A stretch of 64,000 nt of DNA from the NCBI GenBank assembly GCA_036676395.1, contig JAKFCY010000003.1, positions 416,001-480,000 on the forward strand, in the 5' to 3' direction. The translations under genes were made by a program, and so were the position numbers. Numbering within the stretch: the first letter of the stretch is position 1; each line of letters begins with the position of its first letter. The notes beneath the pieces are model-generated. The model was not told the DNA's origin and made no database searches. It saw only the letters and a list, made by a program, of their open reading frames with translations. The DNA is from Bdellovibrio sp. (GTDB taxonomy: Bacteria; Bdellovibrionota; Bdellovibrionia; Bdellovibrionales; Bdellovibrionaceae). Of the stretch, positions 41,340-51,616 are shown in pieces.

Positions 41340-42635
41340 TTAGCGAATCTCGGTTTTGTTACCCATGTACGGGCGTAAAACCTTCGGAATTTCGATAGAA
41401 CCGTCTTCGCGCTGATAGTTTTCCATAATCGCGATTAAAGTTCTGCCAACGGCTAATCCTGAGCCATTCAGTGTGTGAACAAACTGAGGTTTGCCACCAT
41501 CTTTGGGCTTAAAACGGATATTTGCACGGCGGGCCTGAAAGTCTTCAAAATTTGAGCAAGAGCTGATTTCGCGGTAAGTGTTTTGACCAGGTAACCAGAC
41601 GTTTAAATCGTAGGTTTTAGCTGATCCAAACCCCATATCGCCCGTGCATAATAAAACTTTTTGGTAAGAAAGTTCTAAACTAGTTAAAACTTTTTCAGCG
41701 TGTGAAGTTAATTGTTCATGCACTTCATGAGATTGCGATGGATGGCAGAAAGTCATTAATTCAACTTTATTGAACTGATGTTGGCGAATTAAACCTTTAG
41801 TGTCTTTACCCGCACTTCCAGCTTCAGATCTGAAACATGGAGAATACGCACAGAAAGATTGTGGTAATTGGTCTTCTGATAAAGTTTCGTTGTTATAGTA
41901 ATTCGTTACCGGAACTTCTGATGTCGGAATCAAACAGTAGTCAGTGCCTTCTAATCTAAAAACATCTTCTTTAAATTTCGGAAACTGCCCTGTGCCGACA
42001 AAACTATTACTATTCGCCATAAATGGCGGAATCATTTCAGTGTAGCCATGATGAGTAGAATGCAGATCCATCATAAATTGCATCAACGCACGCTCCATCT
42101 GAGCGGCCCCACCTTTTAAAAACGTAAAGCGGGCGCCAGTCACTTTAGCTGCGCGTTCGAAATCTAAAATATTTAATTTTTCGCCAAGCTCGATATGTTC
42201 TTTAGCTTTAAAAGAAAATTTCTTTGCTTCGCCCACAGTAGATATGATTTTGTTGTCGTGTTCAGATTTACCCACCGGAACAGATGTGTGGGGTTTATTC
42301 GGGATCGTTAATAATAAATTATAAACCTCTAAATCTTTTTCAGCGGCTTGTGTTTCAAGTTCTTTTACACGGGCTTTTAATTGATCGACTTGTGAAAGAA
42401 TGTGTGAAGCATCTTTACCTTCGCGTTTTAACTGGCCAACTTCAGCGCTTAATTTATTTTGCCCGGCTTTTTCAGTTTCAGCTTGGTTGATCATTTCTTT
42501 GCGAGTGATGTTTGCTTTCATGATCTGTTCAAGAATTTCAGTCGAAGCCCCGCGATTAATTAGACCTTGCTTGTAGTCATCAAAATATGAAGTTCCGTTT
42601 TCAGCTTTTTTTTCTAAGAGCTTAATATCAATCAC
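41340..42635 (-). CDS. serS: Serine--tRNA ligase
   Basis: [42 protein letters not shown]. Confidence 0.98.
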   Translation of the reverse strand: MIDIKLLEKKAENGTSYFDDYKQGLINRGASTEILEQIMKANITRKEMINQAETEKAGQNKLSAEVGQLKREGKDASHILSQVDQLKARVKELETQAAEKDLEVYNLLLTIPNKPHTSVPVGKSEHDNKIISTVGEAKKFSFKAKEHIELGEKLNILDFERAAKVTGARFTFLKGGAAQMERALMQFMMDLHSTHHGYTEMIPPFMANSNSFVGTGQFPKFKEDVFRLEGTDYCLIPTSEVPVTNYYNNETLSEDQLPQSFCAYSPCFRSEAGSAGKDTKGLIRQHQFNKVELMTFCHPSQSHEVHEQLTSHAEKVLTSLELSYQKVLLCTGDMGFGSAKTYDLNVWLPGQNTYREISSCSNFEDFQARRANIRFKPKDGGKPQFVHTLNGSGLAVGRTLIAIMENYQREDGSIEIPKVLRPYMGNKTEIR

Positions 42636-42680
42636 AAAAAATCCTAACTTGTCTGTTATTGGCGTTTTTTCAACGCGACC

Positions 42681-42989
42681 TTATGGCGCCATCTTTATAT
42701 ACATCGTTAAGATCTGACCGATCAAGTAACAGATAAGGTCAAAAATAAGAATGTGAATCATTGTCAGGCGGCTTAAGCCTTTATAAATTGCTGCAGTGAA
42801 TACCAAAGTCAAAAACAACAGCATAAAAGTGCCAGATTGCGTAAGTTCTTGAATAACAAGCGACACGACGAGGCCGATAAAAAATCCGGAAGCTAAGCGT
42901 AACAATGAATGGGCTAAGCCGTGAGAAGCATTTTTAGCACCAGCCTGTAGATCATTAGAAAAGCCTTTAAATTTTTCTCCGATAGTCAT
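42681..42989 (-). CDS. Small membrane protein (3 TM)
   Basis: Hydrophobic 102-aa ORF in the operon upstream of serS. Confidence 0.7.
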   Translation of the reverse strand: MTIGEKFKGFSNDLQAGAKNASHGLAHSLLRLASGFFIGLVVSLVIQELTQSGTFMLLFLTLVFTAAIYKGLSRLTMIHILIFDLICYLIGQILTMYIKMAP

Positions 42990-42994
42990 CTTTG

Positions 42995-45946
42995 CTATCC
43001 TCCTAATGAAGATATTTTATCTTCAATTTGTTTTCTGTCCAGCGCATTTGGTGAAAGTTCAATGTAAAGTCGAAACAATTCGCGGGCAGACTTACGGTCA
43101 CCCTGGGCTTCCATAATATAAGCTCTTTCGCGGTAAAGGGGCGCAAAGCCACTTTCTTTTTGCCGCGCGATCTCTAACATATCTAAAGCGATATCAGTGG
43201 CATCACTTTTACGGTAACAATTGGCCGCTTTGACATAAAGGTCAGCCGAAGTGGGGCGAAGCTTAATGCCTTGCGAATATTCAGCAGCGCATTCTTTAAA
43301 TTGCTCTTTAGCGTTGTAAACCGTAGCGGCCAATAAATAAGGATCGGCAATACCAGGGTTTTTGGTTTTTTCGTCTTTAATCATTTCAAGGGCTTTATCA
43401 AATTCACCTAATTCAAAATGACAGCGCGCCAAAAAGTAAGAAATTCTTGGGTAACTTGGATTAACCCGTTTAACCATTTCAAACTTTTTATAAGCACTTT
43501 GAATAACGGCATTAGCATCTTTACTGCCAGGATTTTCTAATTCTAGTTGTGCGGTGGCAAATAATGGTTCGACATCAGATGGGTCAAGCACCGCTGCATC
43601 CATATAATATTTCTGCGCGACTTTAATTTCATTCATGTATTGATTGCTGCGCGCTAAACCCATTAAAGCTTTTTTATTTTTTGGATCAGTTTCAACAATT
43701 TGGGCATAAATTTCAGAAGCTGACCTGTACTTTTCTTGCAGTTCATAAAAATCAGCTAAACCTAAGCGGTAATCAATCGTGTAAGGAAAAGTTTCAATTA
43801 ATTTTTTAAAATTAGTTTCGGCCGCAATGTTGCCTTGTTTTGCATAGAGGTATTTTGAATACGTAATTTGCGCTTCTGGTTTTCCGGGCTCAAGATCCAC
43901 GGCTTTACTAGAGTATTTCTGGGCGTCTTCTAAATACTTGGCTTTGCGATTTTCTTCTTCTTTTGTGCGAGACGGAGAATTTAAAAATAAATTGATATTT
44001 GCATTCGCGATTAAACTTAAAAGCTCGACATCGGCATCATACATTTTAATCGCTTTTTCGCCGTAAGTGATGGCTGTGTTCATGCTGTTTTTACGAAACT
44101 CAACAAGGGCCTGAGTTTTAACAACGTCAAAGTTGACGCCACCGGCGCGCAGTGAATCTTGCAATGTTTTAAAAGCTTCGCCGAAAGAATATTTTTGTGA
44201 CAGATAATCTGCTTTTAGTGCATAGGCTTGTGAAAGTTTTGGATCGGCTTTGATAGCCCGATCAACCCAAGTTAAAGCTTCACGTGATTGATTGATTGCC
44301 CATAAACTTTTTGCGGCTTTTAGCGCGGGCTCGGCATTTGTTTTATCAAATTCAAAAGCTGCTTTAAACTGGGCTTGCGCCGCTAAGTGATCACCAGATC
44401 TGGCAAATTGATCACCTAAAAAAACTAATTCAGCAGATTGATTGTTGCCGCGATCTTCTCCGCCAAGTGACATGACAAGCTCTTTAATGGCTCGATGGCT
44501 CGGGCTAATCGTTAATGCAAATTGGCCGACATCAAGAGCTTTAGAATTGTCTTTGCGAGAAATTAATAACTGAATATATTCTTGAAGCGCATCCATGTGA
44601 AAACCTTTGGGTAGTTTTCCGTCGATGGCGTAGGCCTGGCTAAAATAATTTAGAGCTTTCTCTGTGCCTGAATTTTTTAATTCAACTAAGCCCATGCCAT
44701 AAAGAGCCCCTTTGTATTCAGGGTAATCGCGTAAAATATTTGTGTAAGAATCTTTGGCTTCGTTGTATTTACCTTGTTTGTAATATGATCTGGCCAAAGC
44801 AAACTGCGCCCACGCCCAGCCCGGAAACGATTTCACTGCTTCAACGTAATAGGCTTCAGCGCTGATATGGTTTTGCATATCTTCTAAGATTTGCCCTTTA
44901 ATTAAATACAAAAAGGGAAATAAAATAAAACGTTCGCCGCTTTGCTGATCTAAAGTTTTTTCAATCAAGCCGCGGGCATCACGGGGTTGACCTTTGGCTA
45001 ATAGGTAAACTGATTGGCAAGTGTCTGAATAATTTGAGATCGGATTAATCGTGCGACTCATCTGAGTCACGATTGTGATGGCCTTAAGGTCATTTGAATT
45101 TTGCTTGGTGTAAGGCCAAAGCTGTTCGTACACCACACAAAGTAGTCCCAAAAGTTCTAAATCATTTGGTGCATTTTCAGAAGCTTGCGCTAAAAATTTT
45201 TGTGAATCGCGTGTATTTTCTAACGAACCGCTTTTGATCATAGCGATCGCGCGCGTTTTTAAAATACGAACTTCATTTTCAGTTAATTTTTTTTCAGCCC
45301 CGCGAATTGGGGCAATAAGCACCCAGCCACTTGTTTTTTTTGCAGACGGCGAAAGAACAAAATACAAACCAACGATGACGACAAGAATTAATGCAACAAA
45401 TGGGTAAAACTTTTTGGATTCACGTGACTGGATATTTTTTAACTGCTGCATTTCGATCGTCAGCTGTTCATCGCGTGCTTGTAGTAGCGCATTTTGATCA
45501 GTGCCACGGGCCGGTAATTGCGATGCACGCCCTGACTGGCCGGCAGTAGGAACCATCGAAGAAGTGGGTTTTTTTAATTCTTCTTGAACGAGCTGTTTAA
45601 TTTCATCTTTAAATTCTGGAGCAGCTTCAACATCTTCAGGTGTTTCATCTGTAGGAGCTATCACTGGTGCGGATTGAATTTGGGTTTCAGCGTCCATTTT
45701 CAGAGCTTTTTTCTCGTCTCGCTCTGTGGGGTTTTCTAAAGATTCTAAAAGGGCTTCATAGAATTCATGAACCTTTGAAAGTGGGCGCCATTCAGCACTT
45801 GGATGTTGCGCAACTTCTTCTTGGCCACTTAAAATACCTTCAACAATCATCTTACTGATAGACTCGCTTGGAAATGGCCCTTTGATTTGGCCATTCTCCA
45901 TTTTGACTCTCCACTGATCGTTAAAATTAACTCGTTTTCCCATCAT
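42995..45946 (-). CDS. Large membrane-anchored TPR protein with N-terminal GYF_2-like domain
   Basis: WRVKMENGQIKGPF...EWRPL; acidic linker; single TM; many TPR repeats. Confidence 0.85.
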   Translation of the reverse strand: MMGKRVNFNDQWRVKMENGQIKGPFPSESISKMIVEGILSGQEEVAQHPSAEWRPLSKVHEFYEALLESLENPTERDEKKALKMDAETQIQSAPVIAPTDETPEDVEAAPEFKDEIKQLVQEELKKPTSSMVPTAGQSGRASQLPARGTDQNALLQARDEQLTIEMQQLKNIQSRESKKFYPFVALILVVIVGLYFVLSPSAKKTSGWVLIAPIRGAEKKLTENEVRILKTRAIAMIKSGSLENTRDSQKFLAQASENAPNDLELLGLLCVVYEQLWPYTKQNSNDLKAITIVTQMSRTINPISNYSDTCQSVYLLAKGQPRDARGLIEKTLDQQSGERFILFPFLYLIKGQILEDMQNHISAEAYYVEAVKSFPGWAWAQFALARSYYKQGKYNEAKDSYTNILRDYPEYKGALYGMGLVELKNSGTEKALNYFSQAYAIDGKLPKGFHMDALQEYIQLLISRKDNSKALDVGQFALTISPSHRAIKELVMSLGGEDRGNNQSAELVFLGDQFARSGDHLAAQAQFKAAFEFDKTNAEPALKAAKSLWAINQSREALTWVDRAIKADPKLSQAYALKADYLSQKYSFGEAFKTLQDSLRAGGVNFDVVKTQALVEFRKNSMNTAITYGEKAIKMYDADVELLSLIANANINLFLNSPSRTKEEENRKAKYLEDAQKYSSKAVDLEPGKPEAQITYSKYLYAKQGNIAAETNFKKLIETFPYTIDYRLGLADFYELQEKYRSASEIYAQIVETDPKNKKALMGLARSNQYMNEIKVAQKYYMDAAVLDPSDVEPLFATAQLELENPGSKDANAVIQSAYKKFEMVKRVNPSYPRISYFLARCHFELGEFDKALEMIKDEKTKNPGIADPYLLAATVYNAKEQFKECAAEYSQGIKLRPTSADLYVKAANCYRKSDATDIALDMLEIARQKESGFAPLYRERAYIMEAQGDRKSARELFRLYIELSPNALDRKQIEDKISSLGG

Positions 45947-46112
45947 ATCTATTATGAAATGGAAATGCTTGCGTGACAGCTGAATGATAAAAATTCGGAC
46001 CCAACTTATGACCAAAGTCCGATGTTGGAACCAGTTAATAGTTCCAACTTGGAACCGCTTGATTTCATTATGTAATTCAAAGCCGCTTTAGGGGTACTAG
46101 GTTGACGAGTAA

Positions 46113-46129
46113 TTGGCATTGCAGTTGCT
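46113..46129 (+). promoter_or_regulatory. sigma54 (-24/-12) promoter
   Basis: TTGGCATTGCAGTTGCT: GG(46115-16)-N10-GC(46127-28). Confidence 0.7.
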
Positions 46130-46142
46130 ATAAGAAACTCAC

Positions 46143-46289
46143 ATGAAATGGGTTGCAGTTGCATACATCATCGCAGTTTTGGTGATCTCAGCGAAAGCTA
46201 AGGCCATCAGCTACGAAAACGTAGTAAACTCAAACGTGTTTCAGACAACAGATTTTGTTTTAGATTACCAAGCGAAGATCTCTGAATAA
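46143..46289 (+). CDS. Unannotated 48-aa secreted peptide (frame continues to 46424 past one TAA)
   Basis: MKWVAVAYIIAVLVISAKAKA signal peptide directly after the sigma54 promoter. Confidence 0.55.
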   Translation: MKWVAVAYIIAVLVISAKAKAISYENVVNSNVFQTTDFVLDYQAKISE

Positions 46290-46428
46290 CTAATTCAGGA
46301 TCCCCTCCCAGAACAAGCCTCAGAGCTTTGTTTGGTAAATGTAGATTTGAATTTCAAAATCATACCGGCAACGGTAGCGGTTTTTAAAAGGCTTGATTGT
46401 GGCCCCTCCTCGATCAGGCCTTAATTTT

Positions 46429-46453
46429 TTCTCCCATCGGAGAATTCTTTTTT
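46429..46453 (+). terminator. Terminator candidate
   Basis: TTCTCC-CATC-GGAGAA followed by a T-rich run. Confidence 0.5.
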
Positions 46454-46500
46454 AAACAATCAATAAAAATTTTAAAACTAATTTCGGCGAGGCCGAATAA

Positions 46501-47766
46501 CTAATTCACGCGTTCAATTTTTGCGCCTAAAGCTGAAAGTTTACCTTCTAAATTTTCGTAACCGCGATCTAAGTGATAAATGCGTCCGACTAAAGTTTCG
46601 CCTGAAGCAACTAAGCCAGCTAATACTAAACTTGCTGAAGCTCTTAAATCAGTAGCCATAACCGGTGCACCAGATAAGCCGCCAGGTTTGCCGCGCACGA
46701 CAGCCACTTGAGTTTTAGGAGTAATGTCTGCACCTAAGCGCATTAATTCATTCACATGCATGAAGCGATTTTCAAATACTGTTTCAGTGATCACACTTGT
46801 TCCATGAGCGACTGTCATCAAAGCCATAAACTGCGCTTGTAGATCTGTTGCAAACAATGGATGAGGAGCTGTGGTGATATCTACGGCTTCCCATTTATCT
46901 TGTGGCAAAACGCGAACTGAATCTTTTGTGGTTTCTATTTTGAAACCTGATTCTTTCATTTTGTTGATAAGTGCTTCTAGATCATGTGGATTACATTTTT
47001 CGACAAGAACATTACCTTTTGTAATAGCGCCGGCGATCATTAATGTTCCGGCTTCAATACGATCAGGCATAATGGCGTGACGAGCAGGAGTTAATTTAGC
47101 AACGCCTTCAATTCTCATTACACTGGTGCCGTGACCGGTAATTTTTGCGCCCATTTTATTAAGATAGTTTCCTAAATCAACAATCTCAGGTTCTTTCGCA
47201 GCATTTTCGATGATCGTAACACCTTCAGCAAGAGTTGCGGCCATCATTAAATTTTCAGTTCCGCCGACAGTTGTTTTTTCAAACAACACCGTTGCACCTT
47301 GAAGTTTTTTACATTTTGCTAATACATATCCATCTTTTAATTCAATCTCTGCACCAAGAGCTTTCATTGCATCTAAGTGAAGATCTATTGGGCGAGTACC
47401 AATCGCACAACCCCCAGGAAGCGAAACTATAGCTTCGCCGTACTTTGCTAAGATCGGGCCTAAGCAAAGAATACTGGCACGCATTTTTCTGACTAGATCG
47501 TAATGCGCTTCAAAAGTTTTTAATTTAGTTACGTTGACACGAAATGTGTGGCCATCACGTTTTGATTCGCAGCCTAAGCTTTGTAAAAGCTCTGCTGTTG
47601 ATTCGATATCTTTAAGAAGTGGAACATTATCAAATGTATGTTCGCCTTCGGCTAAAAGTGTAGAAAATAAAATTGGAAGGGCTGCGTTTTTTGCGCCGCT
47701 GACGCTGACTGAACCATTTAGTGAAGCACCGCCGGTGACTAACATTTTATCCATTGAAATATCCAT
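46501..47766 (-). CDS. murA: UDP-N-acetylglucosamine 1-carboxyvinyltransferase
   Basis: SGAKNAALP, LPGGCAIGTRP, FENRFMH, TDLRA. Confidence 0.98.
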   Translation of the reverse strand: MDISMDKMLVTGGASLNGSVSVSGAKNAALPILFSTLLAEGEHTFDNVPLLKDIESTAELLQSLGCESKRDGHTFRVNVTKLKTFEAHYDLVRKMRASILCLGPILAKYGEAIVSLPGGCAIGTRPIDLHLDAMKALGAEIELKDGYVLAKCKKLQGATVLFEKTTVGGTENLMMAATLAEGVTIIENAAKEPEIVDLGNYLNKMGAKITGHGTSVMRIEGVAKLTPARHAIMPDRIEAGTLMIAGAITKGNVLVEKCNPHDLEALINKMKESGFKIETTKDSVRVLPQDKWEAVDITTAPHPLFATDLQAQFMALMTVAHGTSVITETVFENRFMHVNELMRLGADITPKTQVAVVRGKPGGLSGAPVMATDLRASASLVLAGLVASGETLVGRIYHLDRGYENLEGKLSALGAKIERVN

Positions 47767-47781
47767 TTCGTTAAAGAGATA

Positions 47782-48642
47782 TTATGCTCTGGCTTTGATG
47801 ATTCGATCAAGTCCTGACAAGTCTTTTAAAACTGTAACTTCTTTAAATTTAGGAATATCGGCAAAGTGCTTTTTCATGATCGCACCTTGAGTATGGCCCA
47901 TTTCAAAAAGCATTAGACCTTCGGCCTTTAAGCAGGGAGCAAATTTAGACGACCAAGTTTTGAGTGCGTATAAACCAGCGTCATCAGCAAATAAAGCTAA
48001 GCCTGGTTCATATTTACGAACGTTAGCTTCTACTTGCGTGTCGTTCACATCAATATATGGTGGGTTTGAAACGATATAATCAAATTCACCCAAGTCTGAA
48101 AGATTTAAACTTTCAACATCGGCGTGAATGGCTTCAGCACGTGCGCCTAATTCAAGGGATGCGATGTTTTCTTTTACTAAAACAAAGGCTTCGGCCGATT
48201 TTTCAACGGTAATTAGTTTGGCTAAAGGAATATGCTTTAAAATCGATAATCCGATGCAACCTGTACCAGCACCTAGATCTAAAATGCGAACATGGTCTTC
48301 AGGATGTTTTTTAAAATCAGCCAAAACGTCATCAACGATCATTTCAGTTTCTGGGCGAGGAATTAAAACGCCCGGCTTAACTTTGAACAGATGCCCGTAA
48401 AAGCCTTTTTCTTCGATGATGTAGGCTACGGGTTCGCCAGCGGTTCTGCGCTTAACAAATTCGCGGCAAAGATTAACTTCAGCTTCAGTTAACGGAGAAT
48501 CAAATTTTACATATAATTGAATGCGCGGAATTTTAAGTGCGTGCGCAATTAAAAGTTCGGCGTCTAAACGGGGCGTATCGAATTTTTTATCTTTAAAGAA
48601 CTGAATTGTTTTTTGAAGGACATCATTCAGTTTCATGTGCAC
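47782..48642 (-). CDS. prmC: Release factor glutamine methyltransferase
   Basis: LIPRPETE, LDLGAGTG, SNPPY. Confidence 0.96.
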   Translation of the reverse strand: MHMKLNDVLQKTIQFFKDKKFDTPRLDAELLIAHALKIPRIQLYVKFDSPLTEAEVNLCREFVKRRTAGEPVAYIIEEKGFYGHLFKVKPGVLIPRPETEMIVDDVLADFKKHPEDHVRILDLGAGTGCIGLSILKHIPLAKLITVEKSAEAFVLVKENIASLELGARAEAIHADVESLNLSDLGEFDYIVSNPPYIDVNDTQVEANVRKYEPGLALFADDAGLYALKTWSSKFAPCLKAEGLMLFEMGHTQGAIMKKHFADIPKFKEVTVLKDLSGLDRIIKARA

Positions 48643-48648
48643 TCGCTA

Positions 48649-49728
48649 TTAGTAAGCGTTTGAGGCTTGTTTTTTTAGCTGCTCAGCCTGGAAGTAAGTA
48701 TTTATTGGATCAATTAATATTTCAAATTTTCCGCCCATGACCTGGTCTAACTGGTGAATTGTAAGTCCAATGCGGTGATCAGTGATACGAGTTTGTGGGA
48801 AGTTGTAAGTGCGAATACGTTCTGAACGGTCACCAGTTCCGATTTGATCTAAACGAGCATCAGAAGCTTCTTTCATACGTTTGTCGTCTTCGATTTGCTG
48901 TAATTTCGCAGCTAAAATTTGAAGGGCTCGATCTCTATTGCTATGCTGAGACTTCCCCTCTTGGCATTTAACTTCGATTCCCGTTGGAAGATGGACGACA
49001 CGGACAGCTGATTCTGTTCTGTTCACGGACTGTCCACCAGCTCCTTGCGAACGCATCGTTTCAAAATGAAGATCACTTTGATTAATTTTAATATCTTTAA
49101 TTTCAACTTCCGGAATAACGGCAACAGTTACTGTTGAAGTGTGAATACGGCCCGCAGCTTCAGTTTTAGGAACACGTTGCACGCGGTGAACGCCTGATTC
49201 GTATTTCATTTTCGAGAAAACAGAATTGCCAGAAATAGAAATAATAACTTCTTTGGCTCCTCCAACATTACCTTCTGAGTAAGAAACCATTTCGGCTTTC
49301 CAACCCATAGTTCCAGCGTAATGAGCGTAAGCGCGGAATAATTCATCTGCAAAAAGTGAAGCTTCATCGCCACCGGCACCGGCGCGAATCTCTAAAAGAA
49401 TATTTTTATCGTCGTTAGGATCTTTTGGAAGTAACGCTAATTTTAAATTTTCTTCGATTTGGGGAATTGATTCTTCAAGTTCTTTAACTTCTTCACGAAT
49501 CATTTCACGCATTTCAGGATCTTGTTCGGCAGTTAAAAGAAGTTTACTCTCTTTAAGAGCGACAGTTTTCTTTTTGTAATCACGGTACAGAACCACGATT
49601 TTTTCTAATTCAGAAAGTTCTTTCATCAACGAGAGATATTTTTTCTGGTCAGACGCAATATCAGGACGCTGAAGTGACATGTTCACTTCTTCATATCTTG
49701 ATTCTACTGAGTCTAATTTTGAAAACAT
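48649..49728 (-). CDS. prfA: Peptide chain release factor 1
   Basis: [12 protein letters not shown] (PxT), [19 protein letters not shown]. Confidence 0.98.
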   Translation of the reverse strand: MFSKLDSVESRYEEVNMSLQRPDIASDQKKYLSLMKELSELEKIVVLYRDYKKKTVALKESKLLLTAEQDPEMREMIREEVKELEESIPQIEENLKLALLPKDPNDDKNILLEIRAGAGGDEASLFADELFRAYAHYAGTMGWKAEMVSYSEGNVGGAKEVIISISGNSVFSKMKYESGVHRVQRVPKTEAAGRIHTSTVTVAVIPEVEIKDIKINQSDLHFETMRSQGAGGQSVNRTESAVRVVHLPTGIEVKCQEGKSQHSNRDRALQILAAKLQQIEDDKRMKEASDARLDQIGTGDRSERIRTYNFPQTRITDHRIGLTIHQLDQVMGGKFEILIDPINTYFQAEQLKKQASNAY

Positions 49729-49775
49729 GGTTAAGCTCCGCGACTGAATAATTTTTTCTGATGTAGTGGAAAAAC

Positions 49776-49800
49776 AAAAAGCGGCTGTGTAGCCGCTTTT
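49776..49800 (-). terminator. Terminator between rpmE and prfA
   Basis: AAAAGCGGCT-GTGT-AGCCGCTTTT. Confidence 0.8.
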
Positions 49801-49824
49801 GTAAATAAATAGCCTTGCGAGAAT

Positions 49825-50082
49825 CTATTTTGCAGCTTTTTTGTCGCCGAATTTTTTCTTGAAACGGTCGATACGGCCTTCAGTATCTAAGATACGTTGT
49901 TTGCCAGTGTAAAATGGGTGAGAAGCTGAAGAGATCTCAACTTTGATAAGTGGATAATCTTTACCGTCAGTCCATTTAGTAGTTTCTTTAGAATCTAGTG
50001 TTGTTGTTCCTAAAAATGAGAAATCACAAGAGATGTCTTTGAATACAACAGTTCTAGTTTTTGGATGTAATGCTTCTTTCAT
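49825..50082 (-). CDS. rpmE2: 50S ribosomal protein L31, type B (no Zn ribbon)
   Basis: [39 protein letters not shown]. Confidence 0.93.
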   Translation of the reverse strand: MKEALHPKTRTVVFKDISCDFSFLGTTTLDSKETTKWTDGKDYPLIKVEISSASHPFYTGKQRILDTEGRIDRFKKKFGDKKAAK

Positions 50083-50379
50083 ATCGTCCTCTGCCTTTAA
50101 TTCGTAAATTCGAGAACCTAGGTGATAGCATAAAAAATGGCCCAGGCTCAAGCGGAAAACCGCGTTATTTTCAGGTGTTGCGGGTGAGCGACCTTATTTG
50201 AAAGAAGCCGACAGCTTGAAAAGGGCGATTTTTAGGCTAATCTTACCCTAAGGCTTAATTTTATAAGTATTTGAAATCATTAGATATTAATACAACAAAA
50301 TAAAATCAGACCGTAACCCTACGGTAAGATCCGATTTTAGCCGACATAGAAGTTAATAGACTTATGTCGGGGTACATTT

Positions 50380-50718
50380 ATGAATAAAGTTTTAATGGGT
50401 TTAACTATGCTCTTTATGGTTCTAGCGACTTCATCGGCTCAGGCCGATTATTCTACAATTCGCTGTGATTTCAAAGAAGAAGGCTTGATGGAGGCCGTGT
50501 TCGGTAAGTTTAAAAAAATACAAACTGAGTGCTGTATGAAACGCCTTGAAGCCCACGAAGCCTGTGAAAGCCGTGAAGAGTATCAGAAATGCAAAAATGG
50601 CGGAAAAGGCACGTTATACGCTGTTGATAGCGGCGTTGAGTGCTCAGAAGGTTGCAAACTATTTCGTGAAGATTGCGATGACTTCATAAGCACTAAAGAT
50701 GTGAATAAACACCTATAG
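50380..50718 (+). CDS. Secreted small cysteine-rich protein
   Basis: Signal peptide (AQA); 8 Cys in ~90 mature residues. Confidence 0.75.
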   Translation: MNKVLMGLTMLFMVLATSSAQADYSTIRCDFKEEGLMEAVFGKFKKIQTECCMKRLEAHEACESREEYQKCKNGGKGTLYAVDSGVECSEGCKLFREDCDDFISTKDVNKHL

Positions 50719-50719
50719 G

Positions 50720-51616
50720 TTATTCTACACCATCAAGATTAGAAACTAATAACGAATCCAGGTACAAGCAGCCATCGGGGTTTGTATCTACTTTTAACAT
50801 AGCTACAACGTCAGAGCCTTTGTTGATTTCAATAAAGGTTGTCGCTGTATCAGTTTTTTGTTCGCTACTAACGCTGACTTTAACTGATTGGCTTAAGGCT
50901 TTATCTAAGCTTTTAGAAATTTCTTTTAAATTTTCAGGGCAAGAAATATCTGAGTCACGTAAACCTAATTGAGGAATGTGATGGCTCCACACCATGTGTG
51001 ATAAAATGCTTAAATCTTTATTTTGCAATTGGCTGACAATTTTTTCTAAATCAGCGGCTTTCGAACAGGTAAATGCCGCATCTGCAGCGTAAGCATCAAG
51101 GTAAGCGCTTAAAGTTGATTTTGAATCACAACTAATTGGGCCAAAGTTGACTTCCCAAGCAGGTAATTCATCTTGTACTTTTTTTAAAAGAGCAACGGCT
51201 TGTGGAGTCTTGTCATTGCCGGCGTTTTTGTAACAAGTGGCAATATTAAAAACGATGTCGCTGTATTGGCCGTCGCTATCTAAAGACTTTGGCGTTTCTA
51301 AAGCGAAATTGTAACTGGCACAGCTTGCGGCTTTAGCTTGGAATTCAGTTTCTTTTTCAGTGCAGTCATCAAGCTTATCAATTTTATCAACTGAAGCCTG
51401 GCATTCGATCTGTAAAGAAGTTGAAATTTCTGCCGGAGCCTGAAAAGCGTCTTGGCCTTGAGCCGTGTCGCTTCCCATTGGCAGATTAATTTTACCACCT
51501 AATAAAAACTTATATAAAATCATGAAAATCAGCAAACCACCGACTAAAAAAGTCAGCGGCAATACAAGTTTTTTGATCAATGGTCTGTCGTCACTAGATT
51601 GGTTTTTTTTATCCAT
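50720..51616 (-). CDS. Membrane-anchored Cys-containing hypothetical protein
   Basis: N-terminal TM; start overlaps the rho stop. Confidence 0.75.
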   Translation of the reverse strand: MDKKNQSSDDRPLIKKLVLPLTFLVGGLLIFMILYKFLLGGKINLPMGSDTAQGQDAFQAPAEISTSLQIECQASVDKIDKLDDCTEKETEFQAKAASCASYNFALETPKSLDSDGQYSDIVFNIATCYKNAGNDKTPQAVALLKKVQDELPAWEVNFGPISCDSKSTLSAYLDAYAADAAFTCSKAADLEKIVSQLQNKDLSILSHMVWSHHIPQLGLRDSDISCPENLKEISKSLDKALSQSVKVSVSSEQKTDTATTFIEINKGSDVVAMLKVDTNPDGCLYLDSLLVSNLDGVE

